A stretch of DNA of 44,708 nucleotides, taken from sequence record MF807953; one strand, written 5' to 3'. Each line of letters opens with the position of its first letter. The first letter of the stretch is position 1. This DNA comes from Escherichia phage Ayreon. Of the stretch, positions 1-9,517 are shown in pieces. The notes under the pieces were generated by a model, which was not told the DNA's origin, did no database searches, and was given only the letters and a program-made list of their open reading frames with translations. The position numbers were made by a program, and so were the translations under genes.

Positions 1-25
1 ATGTTTAAAACATTCTGGAGCGGGT

Positions 26-520
26 ATGGATCGAGAGTTAAAAAATCTGACGCTGAATATCAGTCAACTGGCGGCACTGTCAGGTGTACATCGCCAGACT
101 GCTGCGGCAAGGCTGCAAAATCTACCCGTTGCAGGGGGGCATGAAAGCAACCTCAAGCTTTATCGGGTGGTTGATATTGTGTCGGCATTTCTGGCATTAC
201 CACCGCCGGTTGCAGAAGGCGAAATGGACGCGCATGAGCGCAAAGCCTGGTATCAGTCTGAACGTGAGCGTCTTAAGTTCGAACAGGAAACGGCGCAACT
301 CATTCCGGCCAGTGATGTCAGACGGGAGTTTGCCATCTGGGCAAAAGCGGTCGTGCAGGTGCTGGAGACATTACCGGATATTCTGGAACGTGACTGCGGC
401 CTGCAGCCTGCTGCTGTGAGCCGTGTTCAGTCCATTATTGATGATCTGCGCGATCAGATAGCCCTGCGGGTGACCGAAGCAGGTGCGGATGATGAGGAGG
501 AATTACAGCAGGAGGAGTAA
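26..520 (+). CDS. Terminase small subunit (Nu1-like, DNA-binding)
   Basis: 164-aa ORF directly upstream of and overlapping the large terminase start (ATGA overlap at 520). Acidic C-terminus; position typical of lambdoid small terminase. Reading frame is open to the window edge, so the true start could lie upstream. Confidence 0.7.
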   Translation: MDRELKNLTLNISQLAALSGVHRQTAAARLQNLPVAGGHESNLKLYRVVDIVSAFLALPPPVAEGEMDAHERKAWYQSERERLKFEQETAQLIPASDVRREFAIWAKAVVQVLETLPDILERDCGLQPAAVSRVQSIIDDLRDQIALRVTEAGADDEEELQQEE

Positions 521-2622
521 TGCTGAATCAGGAAACCGCAAAGGCAGCACGAACCGATTCAGGTTATATCCTTCGCGCACCGAGACGAATGCGGGTTGCT
601 GATGCCGTTGCTCAGTATATGCGAGTGCCCATGGGGGCCGGGAACTCAGTCCCGTGGGATCCGCTGGTGGCACCGTATGTTCTTGAGCCGATGAACTGCC
701 TGGCCTCGCGTGAATACGACGCAGTGATATTTGTTGGTCCGGCACGAACCGGCAAGACTATCGGCCTGATTGACGGCTGGGTGATTTACAACGTGATTTG
801 CGATCCTGCGGATATGCTGATCATTCAGATGACGGAGGAAAAAGCCCGCGAACACTCCAAAAAACGACTTGCCAGAACGTTTCGCGTCAGCCCGGAAGTG
901 GTCAGTCGCCTGAGTCCGAACAAAAATGACAACAACGTTTATGACAGAACATTCCTTGCTGGCAACTACCTGAAAATCGGCTGGCCGTCAGTCAATATCA
1001 TGTCCTCATCAGATTATAAATGCGTGGCGCTGACGGATTATGACCGTTTTCCGGAAGATATTGATGGCGAGGGGGATGCCTTCTCTCTTGCCTCAAAACG
1101 TACCACCACATTTATGTCCAGTGGTATGACGCTGGTGGAGAGTTCCCCCGGCAGGGATGTGAAGGATGTGAAATGGCGACGGACTTCACCGCATGAGGCT
1201 CCACCAACCACGGGGATACTGTCGCTCTATAACCGTGGCGATCGCCGTCGCTGGTACTGGCCCTGTCCACACTGTGGTGAGTATTTTCAGCCCTGCGGCG
1301 ATGTGGTTGCTGGTTTCCGTGATATTGCCGATCCCGTGCTGGCAAGTGAGGCGGCTTATATTCAGTGTCCTTCCTGTTCAGGACGGATTATGCCTGAACA
1401 AAAACGTGAGCTGAACGGACGTGGGGTCTGGTTGCGGGATGGTGAATCCATCAATGCGGATGGCAGTCGTTATGGTGATCCCCGACGCTCACGTATTGCG
1501 TCATTCTGGATGGAGGGTCCGGCAGCTGCTTACCAGACACTCTCGCAACTCGTTTACAAACTGCTTACTGCAGAACAGGAATACGAGACAACCGGAAGTG
1601 AAGAAACACTCAAGACGGTTATCAATACCGACTGGGGATTACCTTATCTTCCCCGTGCCAGCATGGAGCAACGAAAAAGTGAACTGCTTGAGCAGCGGGC
1701 AGAGCCAGTTCCTTCCCGCAGTGTGCCGGATGGCGTTAATTTCCTGGTGGCGACAGTTGATGTGCAGGCGGGACGTCATCGCCGTTTTGTGGTTCAGGTA
1801 ACGGGCTATGGCAGCCGTGGCGAACGCTGGATTATTGATCGTTACAACATCACGCAGTCATTGCGCGGTGACAGCGACGGGGAGAGCCAGCGAATTGATC
1901 CGGCCAGCTATCCGGAAGACTGGGATGTCCTGCTGACGGATGTTTTTCATAAAAGCTGGCCGCTGGCCTCCGATCCTTCTCAACAAATGCGACTGATGGC
2001 AATGGCGGTGGACTCCGGCGGTGAAGACGGGGTCACTGATAATGCCTATAAATTCTGGCGTCGTTGCCGTCGTGATGGCCTTGGTAAACGTATTTACCTG
2101 TTTAAGGGTGACAGCATCCGGCGCGCAAAACTGATCACCCGTACATTCCCTGATAACACCGGACGAACGGGCCGCCGGGCGCAGGCCGCAGGTGATGTGC
2201 CGCTCTGGCTTCTTCAGACGGATGCCCTGAAAGACCGGGTGAATAACGCGTTATGGCGTGACTCGCCAGGTCCCGGCTATGTGCATTTCCCTGACTGGCT
2301 GGGGAGCTGGTTTTACGACGAACTGACGTATGAAGAGCGGAGCAGTGACGGGAAATGGAGTAAGCCGGGTCGCGGTGCCAACGAAGCTTTTGACCTGATG
2401 GTGTATGCCGAGGCTCTGGTCATTCTGCATGGATACGAAAAGATCCGCTGGCCGGATGCACCGGAGTGGGCGAGCCGGGAAACCTGGCTGGAGTGTGTCC
2501 CGGACAGTACCGAACCGTCATCCTCACCGGAACCGGTATCCACGCCTGTTAAAAAACAAAAACGGAAGAAAACAGTAACTGACGATGTTAACCCCTGGCT
2601 GACTTCCGGAGGATGGTTATGA
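520..2622 (+). CDS. Terminase large subunit (GpA family)
   Basis: 700-aa ORF with Walker A-like motif FVGPARTGKT near the N-terminus and a Cys-rich CPHCGEYF..CPSC zinc-binding-like patch; size and position match lambdoid large terminases. Confidence 0.85.
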   Translation: MLNQETAKAARTDSGYILRAPRRMRVADAVAQYMRVPMGAGNSVPWDPLVAPYVLEPMNCLASREYDAVIFVGPARTGKTIGLIDGWVIYNVICDPADMLIIQMTEEKAREHSKKRLARTFRVSPEVVSRLSPNKNDNNVYDRTFLAGNYLKIGWPSVNIMSSSDYKCVALTDYDRFPEDIDGEGDAFSLASKRTTTFMSSGMTLVESSPGRDVKDVKWRRTSPHEAPPTTGILSLYNRGDRRRWYWPCPHCGEYFQPCGDVVAGFRDIADPVLASEAAYIQCPSCSGRIMPEQKRELNGRGVWLRDGESINADGSRYGDPRRSRIASFWMEGPAAAYQTLSQLVYKLLTAEQEYETTGSEETLKTVINTDWGLPYLPRASMEQRKSELLEQRAEPVPSRSVPDGVNFLVATVDVQAGRHRRFVVQVTGYGSRGERWIIDRYNITQSLRGDSDGESQRIDPASYPEDWDVLLTDVFHKSWPLASDPSQQMRLMAMAVDSGGEDGVTDNAYKFWRRCRRDGLGKRIYLFKGDSIRRAKLITRTFPDNTGRTGRRAQAAGDVPLWLLQTDALKDRVNNALWRDSPGPGYVHFPDWLGSWFYDELTYEERSSDGKWSKPGRGANEAFDLMVYAEALVILHGYEKIRWPDAPEWASRETWLECVPDSTEPSSSPEPVSTPVKKQKRKKTVTDDVNPWLTSGGWL

Positions 2623-2831
2623 ACCAGAATGATATCGAAGCCATGATTCAGCGTTATACGGAAGCTGAAATGGCGGTGCTGGACGGAAAATCCGTCACCT
2701 TTAATGGTCAGCAGATGACCATGGAAAACTTATCTGAGATCCGGCAGGGACGGCAGGAGTGGGAGCGCCGCCTTGCGGCTCTGATTACACGACGACGGGG
2801 GCATCCCGGGTATCGGCTGGCGAGGTTCTGA
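2613..2831 (+). CDS. Head-tail connector / head completion protein (gpW-like)
   Basis: 72-aa ORF between terminase and portal, overlapping both neighbours; C-terminal RRRGHPGY resembles the lambda gpW C-terminus (from memory). Confidence 0.6.
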   Translation: MVMNQNDIEAMIQRYTEAEMAVLDGKSVTFNGQQMTMENLSEIRQGRQEWERRLAALITRRRGHPGYRLARF

Positions 2832-4339
2832 TGGCAATTCTTGATGATGTGATTGGCGTTTTTTCACCAGGATGGAAAGCGGCAAGGCTGCGTTCCCGTG
2901 CGGTGATCCAGGCTTATGAGGCCGTAAAAACGACGCGGACACACAAAGCCCGACGGGAGAACCGAACTGCCGACCAGTTAAGCCAGTACGGGGCCGTGTC
3001 GTTACGTGAGCAGGCCCGTTACCTTGATAACAACCACGATCTGGTTATTGGTGTATTTGACAAGCTGGAAGAACGGGTGGTGGGGAAAAACGGGATTATT
3101 GTCGAGCCACATCCGGTATTACGCAATGGGGCCATTGCCCGTGACCTGGCTGCGGAGATTCGCACCCGATGGAGTGAATGGTCTGTCAGCCCGGAAGTCA
3201 CCGGGCAGTTTACCCGTCCGATGCTGGAACGTCTGATGCTGCGTACCTGGCTGCGCGATGGTGAGGTGTTTGCCCAGATGGTTTCCGGGCGCATAAACAG
3301 CCTGACGCCTTCTGCCGGTGTTCATTTCTGGCTGGAGGCGCTCGAGCCGGACTTTATTCCCATGACCAGTGATGAGAGCAACAGGCTGAATCAGGGCGTG
3401 TTTGTTGATGACTGGGGGCGTCCCGAAAAATATCTGGTGTATAAAAGCCGTCCCGTATCCGGACGGCAGATGGAAACCAAAGAAGTGGATGCAGAGCGAA
3501 TGCTGCATCTTAAATTTGTTCGCCGTCTGCACCAGATGCGCGGGACGTCTTTATTGTCCGGTGTGCTGATCCGCCTCAGTGCCCTGAAAGAGTATGAAGA
3601 TTCTGAGCTGACTGCAGCAAGGATCGCCGCTGCTCTGGGGATGTACATCCGGAAAGGCGACGGGCAGAGCTATGAAGCGGATGGTAATGGCAGCAAGGAT
3701 AAGGAACGCGAGCTTACCATTCAGCCAGGCATTATTTACGACGATCTGAAACCCGGCGAAGAAATCGGAATGGTGAAGTCGGATCGCCCAAATCCTAACC
3801 TTGAAACTTTTCGTAATGGTCAGTTGCGTGCCGTGGCGGCGGGCAGTCGTCTGAGTTTTTCCAGTACAGCGCGCAACTATAACGGCACTTACAGCGCCCA
3901 GCGTCAGGAGCTGGTTGAATCCACTGATGGCTACCTGATCCTGCAGGACTGGTTTATTGGTGCCGTCACCCGTCCGATGTATCGTGCCTGGCTGAAACAG
4001 GCTGTGGCATCCGGTGTTATCAGGCTACCCCGCGATCTTGACCTTTCTTCACTGTATACCGCGGTGTATTCCGGACCGGTGATGCCGTGGATTGACCCTG
4101 TTAAGGAGGCTGAGGCCTGGAAAATCCAGATTCGTGGTGGAGCGGCGACAGAATCAGACTGGGTACGTGCTGGTGGTCGTAATCCGGATGATGTCAAACG
4201 TCGGCGCAAGGCCGAAATTGATGAAAACCGCAAGCTGGATCTGGTATTTGATACCGATCCGGCCAGTGATAAAGGAGGCAGCAGTGCCGCAACGAAACGA
4301 CAGGAGCCGCAGCACACCGACGACCAGTCCGAAGAATAA
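2831..4339 (+). CDS. Portal protein
   Basis: 502-aa ORF starting MAILDD at an ATG overlapping the gpW-like stop (TGATG); sits between terminase and prohead protease. The six-frame ORF starts at 2759, but that overlaps the upstream gene. Confidence 0.75.
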   Translation: MAILDDVIGVFSPGWKAARLRSRAVIQAYEAVKTTRTHKARRENRTADQLSQYGAVSLREQARYLDNNHDLVIGVFDKLEERVVGKNGIIVEPHPVLRNGAIARDLAAEIRTRWSEWSVSPEVTGQFTRPMLERLMLRTWLRDGEVFAQMVSGRINSLTPSAGVHFWLEALEPDFIPMTSDESNRLNQGVFVDDWGRPEKYLVYKSRPVSGRQMETKEVDAERMLHLKFVRRLHQMRGTSLLSGVLIRLSALKEYEDSELTAARIAAALGMYIRKGDGQSYEADGNGSKDKERELTIQPGIIYDDLKPGEEIGMVKSDRPNPNLETFRNGQLRAVAAGSRLSFSSTARNYNGTYSAQRQELVESTDGYLILQDWFIGAVTRPMYRAWLKQAVASGVIRLPRDLDLSSLYTAVYSGPVMPWIDPVKEAEAWKIQIRGGAATESDWVRAGGRNPDDVKRRRKAEIDENRKLDLVFDTDPASDKGGSSAATKRQEPQHTDDQSEE

Positions 4340-4352
4340 TTCCTGGTTCAGG

Positions 4353-6311
4353 ATGCAGGCTGGTCACCAGAGTGACGCGGATATTTATATTTATGACGAG
4401 ATTGGTTTCTGGGGTGTTACAGCGAAGCAGTTTATCAGTGATCTGAATGCACTGGGCGATATCACCCATATTAATCTCCATATTAATTCACCGGGTGGCG
4501 ATGTCTTTGAAGGCATCGCCATTTTTAATGCACTGAAAACACATGGTGCGTCCATTACCGTTTATGTCGACGGTGTGGCGGCGTCAATGGCGTCGGTCAT
4601 TGCGATGGTGGGAAACCCGGTCATTATGCCGGAAAACACCTTCATGATGATTCATAAACCATTTGGCTTTACGGGCGGTGATGCGGAGGACATGCGCACC
4701 TATGCCGACCTGCTCGATAAAGTTGAGGCGGTTCTGTTACCCGCTTATGCACAGAAAACCGGGAAAACCACCGATGAAATTGCTGCCATGCTGGCGGATG
4801 AGACCTGGATGTCTGGTGCCGAATGTCTGGCACATGGATTTGCTGATCAGGTAACGCCAGCCGTTAAGGCAATGGCATGTATTCAGTCAAAACGTACAGA
4901 GGAATTTAAAAAGATGCCGGAATCCATTCGAAACATGATTACTCCGCCACGCAACAGTGCTCCACGCGTACAGGATAATGAACCTGAAGCCTCCCGGACG
5001 CCAGTGCAGGCAGCAGCACCCGTGGTGGATGAAAACAGCATCCGTGCGCAGGTACTGGCAGAGCAAAAAGCGCGTGTAAACGGTATTAATGATCTGTTTG
5101 CCATGTTTGGCGGGCGTTATCAGACGCTGCAGGCTCAGTGTCTTGCCGATCCTGAATGTTCGCTGGAGCAGGCCCGCGAAAAGCTGTTGAACGAGATGGG
5201 GCGCGAGTCCACGCCATCCAATAAAAATACCCCGGCTCATATTTATGCCGGTAACGGTAATTTTGTGGGGGACGGGATCCGCCAGGCGCTGATGGCGCGT
5301 GCCGGATTTGAAAAAGCCGAACGTGATAATGTCTACAACGGGATGACCCTGCGTGAATATGCCCGTATGTCACTGACTGAACGGGGTATTGGGGTTTCCA
5401 GTTATAACCCGATGCAGATGGTCGGTGCGGCGTTCACACACAGTACGTCTGACTTCGGTAATATTCTGCTGGATGTTGCGAACAAAGCCATTCTGCAGGG
5501 CTGGGAAGATGCCCCTGAAACCTATGAACAGTGGACGCGGAAAGGTCAGTTGTCTGATTTTAAAATTGCCCATCGTGTGGGTATGGGGGGCTTCAGTGCT
5601 CTGCGTCAGGTGCGTGAAGGGGCGGAATATAAATACGTCACCACCGGAGATAAACAGGCCACTATTGCACTGGCGACCTATGGCGAGCTGTTCAGTATCA
5701 CCCGTCAGGCCATTATCAATGATGATCTGAATATGCTGACCGATGTCCCGATGAAGCTGGGCCGTGCGGCGAAATCCACTATTGCCGATCTGGTTTATGC
5801 CATTCTGACGTCTAACCCGAAAATCTCCACAGATAATGTAAGTCTGTTCGATAAAGCGAAACATGCAAACGTACTGGAGAGCGCTGCAATGGACGTGGCA
5901 TCGCTGGATAAAGCCCGCCAGTTGATGCGCGTTCAGAAAGAGGGGGAGCGTCATCTGAATATTCGTCCTGCGTTCGTACTGGTACCGACGGCGATGGAGT
6001 CTGTTGCTAACCAGGTCATTCGCTCCTCAAGTGTCAAGGGGGCTGACATTAACGCCGGTATTATTAACCCGGTGAAAGATTTTGCGACCGTTATTGCAGA
6101 GCCTCGTCTTGATGATAACAGCCAGACCACCTTCTACCTGGCTGCGTCAAAAGGCTCCGATACGATTGAAGTGGCTTATCTCAACGGTGTGGATACGCCA
6201 TATATTGATCAGATGGAGGGCTTCAGTGTGGATGGCGTGACAACGAAAGTGCGTATTGACGCCGGTGTCGCGCCAGTTGATCACCGCGGTCTGGTGAAAT
6301 GTACGGCGTAA
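4353..6311 (+). CDS. Prohead protease (ClpP/S14-like) fused to major capsid protein
   Basis: 652-aa continuous ORF; start chosen at MQAGHQ (ATG 4353) just after the portal stop. N-terminal part has ClpP-like features (GVAASMAS serine segment, MIHKP histidine segment); the C-terminal ~360 aa is capsid-like. A rho-independent terminator follows. Confidence 0.7.
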   Translation: MQAGHQSDADIYIYDEIGFWGVTAKQFISDLNALGDITHINLHINSPGGDVFEGIAIFNALKTHGASITVYVDGVAASMASVIAMVGNPVIMPENTFMMIHKPFGFTGGDAEDMRTYADLLDKVEAVLLPAYAQKTGKTTDEIAAMLADETWMSGAECLAHGFADQVTPAVKAMACIQSKRTEEFKKMPESIRNMITPPRNSAPRVQDNEPEASRTPVQAAAPVVDENSIRAQVLAEQKARVNGINDLFAMFGGRYQTLQAQCLADPECSLEQAREKLLNEMGRESTPSNKNTPAHIYAGNGNFVGDGIRQALMARAGFEKAERDNVYNGMTLREYARMSLTERGIGVSSYNPMQMVGAAFTHSTSDFGNILLDVANKAILQGWEDAPETYEQWTRKGQLSDFKIAHRVGMGGFSALRQVREGAEYKYVTTGDKQATIALATYGELFSITRQAIINDDLNMLTDVPMKLGRAAKSTIADLVYAILTSNPKISTDNVSLFDKAKHANVLESAAMDVASLDKARQLMRVQKEGERHLNIRPAFVLVPTAMESVANQVIRSSSVKGADINAGIINPVKDFATVIAEPRLDDNSQTTFYLAASKGSDTIEVAYLNGVDTPYIDQMEGFSVDGVTTKVRIDAGVAPVDHRGLVKCTA

Positions 6312-6334
6312 ACGTCGCAGACAACAACTCTGAT

Positions 6335-6355
6335 GGCCCGTAAGGGCTTTTTTTG
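6335..6355 (+). terminator. Rho-independent terminator after capsid gene
   Basis: Short GC stem (ggccc gtaa gggc) followed by a T7 run immediately after the capsid stop codon. Confidence 0.5.
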
Positions 6356-6397
6356 TACCTGAAATCAGCCCCTGAACGGGGCTGTGCGGAGACAGTT

Positions 6398-6721
6398 ATG
6401 GCAAAGAATTTTGTAGAAGAAGGAAAAACGGTGGCGATTGTTGCCAGTGCAGCCATCAGCAGCGGAGATCTGGTGCAGGTGGGTGATGTTTTTGCGGTGG
6501 CGCTGACCGATATTCCACAGGGTGAAACAGGCGACGGCATGACCGAAGGTGTGTTTATGCTGCCTAAGCTGAAAACGGATGACATGAAAACGGGTAAGAA
6601 GGTTTATCTGAAGTCCGGAAAAGTTCAGCTGACTAACAGCGGCTCTGATCCGCTGGTCGGGGTTGTCTGGGCAGATGCCGGAACCAGTGCAGAAGAAGTG
6701 CCGGTAAAACTCAATGTCTGA
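6398..6721 (+). CDS. Small head protein (DUF2190-like, possible decoration/cement or FI-like)
   Basis: 107-aa ORF with a GGAGA ribosome-binding site 7 nt upstream of ATG 6398; Gly/Val-rich small protein at the position of head accessory genes. Confidence 0.5.
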   Translation: MAKNFVEEGKTVAIVASAAISSGDLVQVGDVFAVALTDIPQGETGDGMTEGVFMLPKLKTDDMKTGKKVYLKSGKVQLTNSGSDPLVGVVWADAGTSAEEVPVKLNV

Positions 6722-6989
6722 TCCCTTTTCCCGGCTGGCAGCGCGTATGGATGCGATCACGGTCAGAAAGATGGGAAAGACAGCCTCGATTAATGATGTC
6801 GATATGACTGTGATCCCGGGAGAAACACTGGCAGAGCTGAATGCTCTGTCCGGACCTGCGGTCTCTCTGGTGGTGTTTTCTTCGGGATACCGCCCACGGC
6901 GCGGGGATCGCGTTGTTTATGACGGACAACATTGGACGGTCACACGGCATGAACGCTTTAACGGTAAGCCAATGATCTTTATTGAGTAA
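6714..6989 (+). CDS. Head-tail joining protein (FII-like)
   Basis: 91-aa ORF overlapping the previous stop, located immediately before the gpZ homologue. Confidence 0.5.
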   Translation: MSDPFSRLAARMDAITVRKMGKTASINDVDMTVIPGETLAELNALSGPAVSLVVFSSGYRPRRGDRVVYDGQHWTVTRHERFNGKPMIFIE

Positions 6990-7000
6990 AGAGGTGTGGG

Positions 7001-7579
7001 ATGAAGGGGCTTGAGAATGCCATCCGCAATCTGAACAGCCTTGATACCCGTATGGTGCCACAGGCCAGCGCATGGGCGATAAACCGTGTGGCACAGAAAG
7101 CGGTCTCGGTTGCCACCCGGCAGGTTGCCGGGAATACCGTTGCGGGAGATAACCAGGTGAAAGGGATACCCCTGAAACTGGTACGTCAGCGTGTCCGGGT
7201 GTTTAAAGCCAGTCCGTCAGGAAAAATGACGGCCAGGATCCGCGTTAACCGGGGCAATCTGCCTGCCATTAAGCTGGGGACCGTCCGGGTCAGACTGACC
7301 CGGCGTGGTGGAAAACTGCAGTACCGTGGCAGCGTGCTGAAGGTGGGTAAATATCTTTTCCGGGATGCGTTTATTCAGCAACTGGCGAATGGTCGCTGGC
7401 ATGTGATGCGGCGTATTGATGGCAAAAATCGTTACCCCATTGATGTGGTGAAAATCCCGCTGTCCGGACCGCTGACACAGGCATTTGAAGATGCCCGCGA
7501 CCGCATCATTGCTGCGGAAATGCCGAAACAGCTGGGGTATGCACTGAAACAACAACTGAGGTTATGGCTGACCCGATGA
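7001..7579 (+). CDS. Z: Minor tail protein Z
   Basis: 192-aa ORF, the same length as lambda gpZ, at the syntenic position before gpU. Confidence 0.8.
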   Translation: MKGLENAIRNLNSLDTRMVPQASAWAINRVAQKAVSVATRQVAGNTVAGDNQVKGIPLKLVRQRVRVFKASPSGKMTARIRVNRGNLPAIKLGTVRVRLTRRGGKLQYRGSVLKVGKYLFRDAFIQQLANGRWHVMRRIDGKNRYPIDVVKIPLSGPLTQAFEDARDRIIAAEMPKQLGYALKQQLRLWLTR

Positions 7580-7977
7580 ACCGACATACACAAATCCGCC
7601 AGGCCGTACTGGCACGCCTTCGGGAACAGTGTGGAGACAGCGCCACGTTTTTTGACGGGCTTCCGGCATTTATTGATGCGCAGGAACTGCCTGCCGTGGC
7701 GGTGTGGCTGAGTGATGCTCAGTACACCGGAAAAATGACGGATGAAGATGACTGGCAGGCTGTTCTGCATATTGCTGTCTTCATCCGGGCACAGGCACCG
7801 GATTCAGAGCTGGATATGTGGATGGAGAGCACCATTTTCCCGGCTCTGAATGATATACCGGCACTTTCCGGACTCATCGACACCCTGATCCCTCTCGGTT
7901 TTAACTATCAACGTGATAATGAGATGGCCACCTGGGCGATGGCGGAAATCACGTACCAGATCACGTACACGAATTAA
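7564..7977 (+). CDS. U: Tail terminator protein U
   Basis: 137-aa product with segments ATFFDG, PAVAVWL, ELHI..F, PDSELD.WMES and IPALS.LI matching my recollection of lambda gpU. Confidence 0.85.
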   Translation: MADPMNRHTQIRQAVLARLREQCGDSATFFDGLPAFIDAQELPAVAVWLSDAQYTGKMTDEDDWQAVLHIAVFIRAQAPDSELDMWMESTIFPALNDIPALSGLIDTLIPLGFNYQRDNEMATWAMAEITYQITYTN

Positions 7978-7982
7978 AGGAG

Positions 7983-8732
7983 GTGGCAATGACCACACCA
8001 AATCCACTGGCAAAAACGAAAGGTGCGGGAACGACGTTCTGGATGTACACCGGCAAGGGCGATGCGTTTGCGAACCCTTTATCGGACACTGACTGGCTGC
8101 GTCTTGCGATGGTGAAGGATCTGCAACCTGGCGAAATGACCGCTGATGCAGAAGATGACACTTATCTCGATGATGAAGATGCAGACTGGAAAACGACAAC
8201 CCAGGGGCAGAAATCCGTCGGTGATACTTCGGCGACGCTGGCCTGGCGTCCGGGTGACAGCGGACAGAAAAAACTGGTTCAGTTGTTCGACTCCGGTGAA
8301 GTCTGCGCGTTTCGTATCAAATATCCCAACGGCACTGTTGATGTTTTCCGTGGCTGGCTGAGCTCACTGGGTAAAACCATTGCCTCAAAAGACGTGATGA
8401 CCCGCACCGTGAAAATCAGCGGTGTGGGGCGTCCGTATCTGGCAGAGGAAGGCACTGAAACAGTGAGCGTTACCGGGCTGACGGTGGCACCGGCATCTGC
8501 CAGTGTAAAAGTGGGAGCAACCACCACGCTGACCTTTACAGTAAAACCTGACGGAGCCAGTGACAAAGCGATCAGTGTGCATTCGACAGATCCACAGACT
8601 GCCACGGTGACCCTGAACGGGCTTGTGGCCACGGTGAAAGGCGTGAAGCAGGGCAGTGTCAGCATTGTGGGCATGACTTCTGACGGCGATTTTGTGGCAG
8701 TGGCTGCGGTGGCTGTCAGCGCCGCAGGTTAA
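7983..8732 (+). CDS. V: Major tail protein V (with C-terminal Ig-like domain)
   Basis: 249-aa ORF after gpU; C-terminal Thr/Val/Ser-rich beta-strand region typical of the Big_2-type domain of lambda gpV. Confidence 0.85.
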   Translation: MAMTTPNPLAKTKGAGTTFWMYTGKGDAFANPLSDTDWLRLAMVKDLQPGEMTADAEDDTYLDDEDADWKTTTQGQKSVGDTSATLAWRPGDSGQKKLVQLFDSGEVCAFRIKYPNGTVDVFRGWLSSLGKTIASKDVMTRTVKISGVGRPYLAEEGTETVSVTGLTVAPASASVKVGATTTLTFTVKPDGASDKAISVHSTDPQTATVTLNGLVATVKGVKQGSVSIVGMTSDGDFVAVAAVAVSAAG

Positions 8733-8752
8733 CAGGACGCTACTCATCATTT

Positions 8753-8776
8753 GCCCCGGTTATCCGGGGCTTTTTT
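8753..8776 (+). terminator. Intrinsic terminator/attenuator between V and G
   Basis: Hairpin gccccgg-ttat-ccggggc followed by a T6 run between the V stop and the G start. Confidence 0.6.
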
Positions 8777-8789
8777 GCAGGTGGAGAAC

Positions 8790-9179
8790 ATGATGTTTCT
8801 GAAACAGGGCACGTTTAATTATGAAAAGCAGTCCGTGGTGCTCAGTGAGCTGTCCGGGCTGCAGAGAATTGAATATCTGGCGTTTGTTCAGCAGCGAACG
8901 GCAAAGTTTGATGCCGAAGAGGGAGAACTGCCGGAGGCTGAACGACAGATTGCTTTTCTGCGGATGGGGATGGATATCAATGCTTGGCTGGTTTCCCGCT
9001 CACTGTGGAATGCGGAACAGTCTCAGGATGTTGAGACGCTTTGCGCATCCGTTATTACAACATGGTCGTATGATGCCCTGGGAGCGGGGGCGGAGATGGT
9101 TCTGTCGCTGAGCGGTATGGGAGCCATTGAGAATGCCGGGGATTTGGAGCATGAGGTGCTGACGCCGGAAAAGTCCTGA
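8790..9179 (+). CDS. G: Tail assembly chaperone G
   Basis: Start MMFLKQG at 8790 with a GGAG ribosome-binding site (lambda G also begins MFLK); the gene ends just past a slippery site leading into the overlapping T frame. Confidence 0.8.
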   Translation: MMFLKQGTFNYEKQSVVLSELSGLQRIEYLAFVQQRTAKFDAEEGELPEAERQIAFLRMGMDINAWLVSRSLWNAEQSQDVETLCASVITTWSYDALGAGAEMVLSLSGMGAIENAGDLEHEVLTPEKS

Positions 9180-9187
9180 CGCGGGAA

Positions 9188-9517
9188 ATGCAGTTTGTCA
9201 TGCGGCTTGCCCGGGAGTTCCGGCGGGCAGACTGGCGGCGGATGCTGTCGGAAATGTCGGCCACTGAGCTTGGTGAGTGGGGCGATTATTTCCGGATGCA
9301 GAGCTTCAGTGATGTGTGGATGGATGCGCAGTTTGCCTCGCTGAAGGCATTGATCGTGAGAATGGTGTCCGGTAGCAGTGATGCTGCGGTGGCTGATTTC
9401 AGCCTTTTACCGGAAGAGAACGGGATACCGGAGCGAACGGACGAAGAACTGATGCATCTTGGGGAAGGTATTTCCGGAGGTGTGCGTTATGGACCAGATA
9501 GCCAACCTGGTCATTGA
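9188..9517 (+). CDS. T: Tail assembly protein T (expressed as G-T fusion via -1 frameshift)
   Basis: The -1 frame relative to G is open from 9155 and overlaps the 3' end of G; a candidate slip site GGAAAAG lies at 9167-9173. Coordinates given are from the first ATG in the T frame. Confidence 0.7.
   Translation: MQFVMRLAREFRRADWRRMLSEMSATELGEWGDYFRMQSFSDVWMDAQFASLKALIVRMVSGSSDAAVADFSLLPEENGIPERTDEELMHLGEGISGGVRYGPDSQPGH

Noticed and set aside
4092-4352. Upstream extension of the protease-capsid ORF to an ATG at 4092
   Set aside because: It would overlap the last 250 bp of the portal gene in another frame; the ATG at 4353 follows the portal stop and begins the conserved protease N-terminus.
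5370-5954. 194-aa minus-strand ORF inside the capsid gene
   Set aside because: Lies entirely within the capsid coding region on the opposite strand; no independent support.
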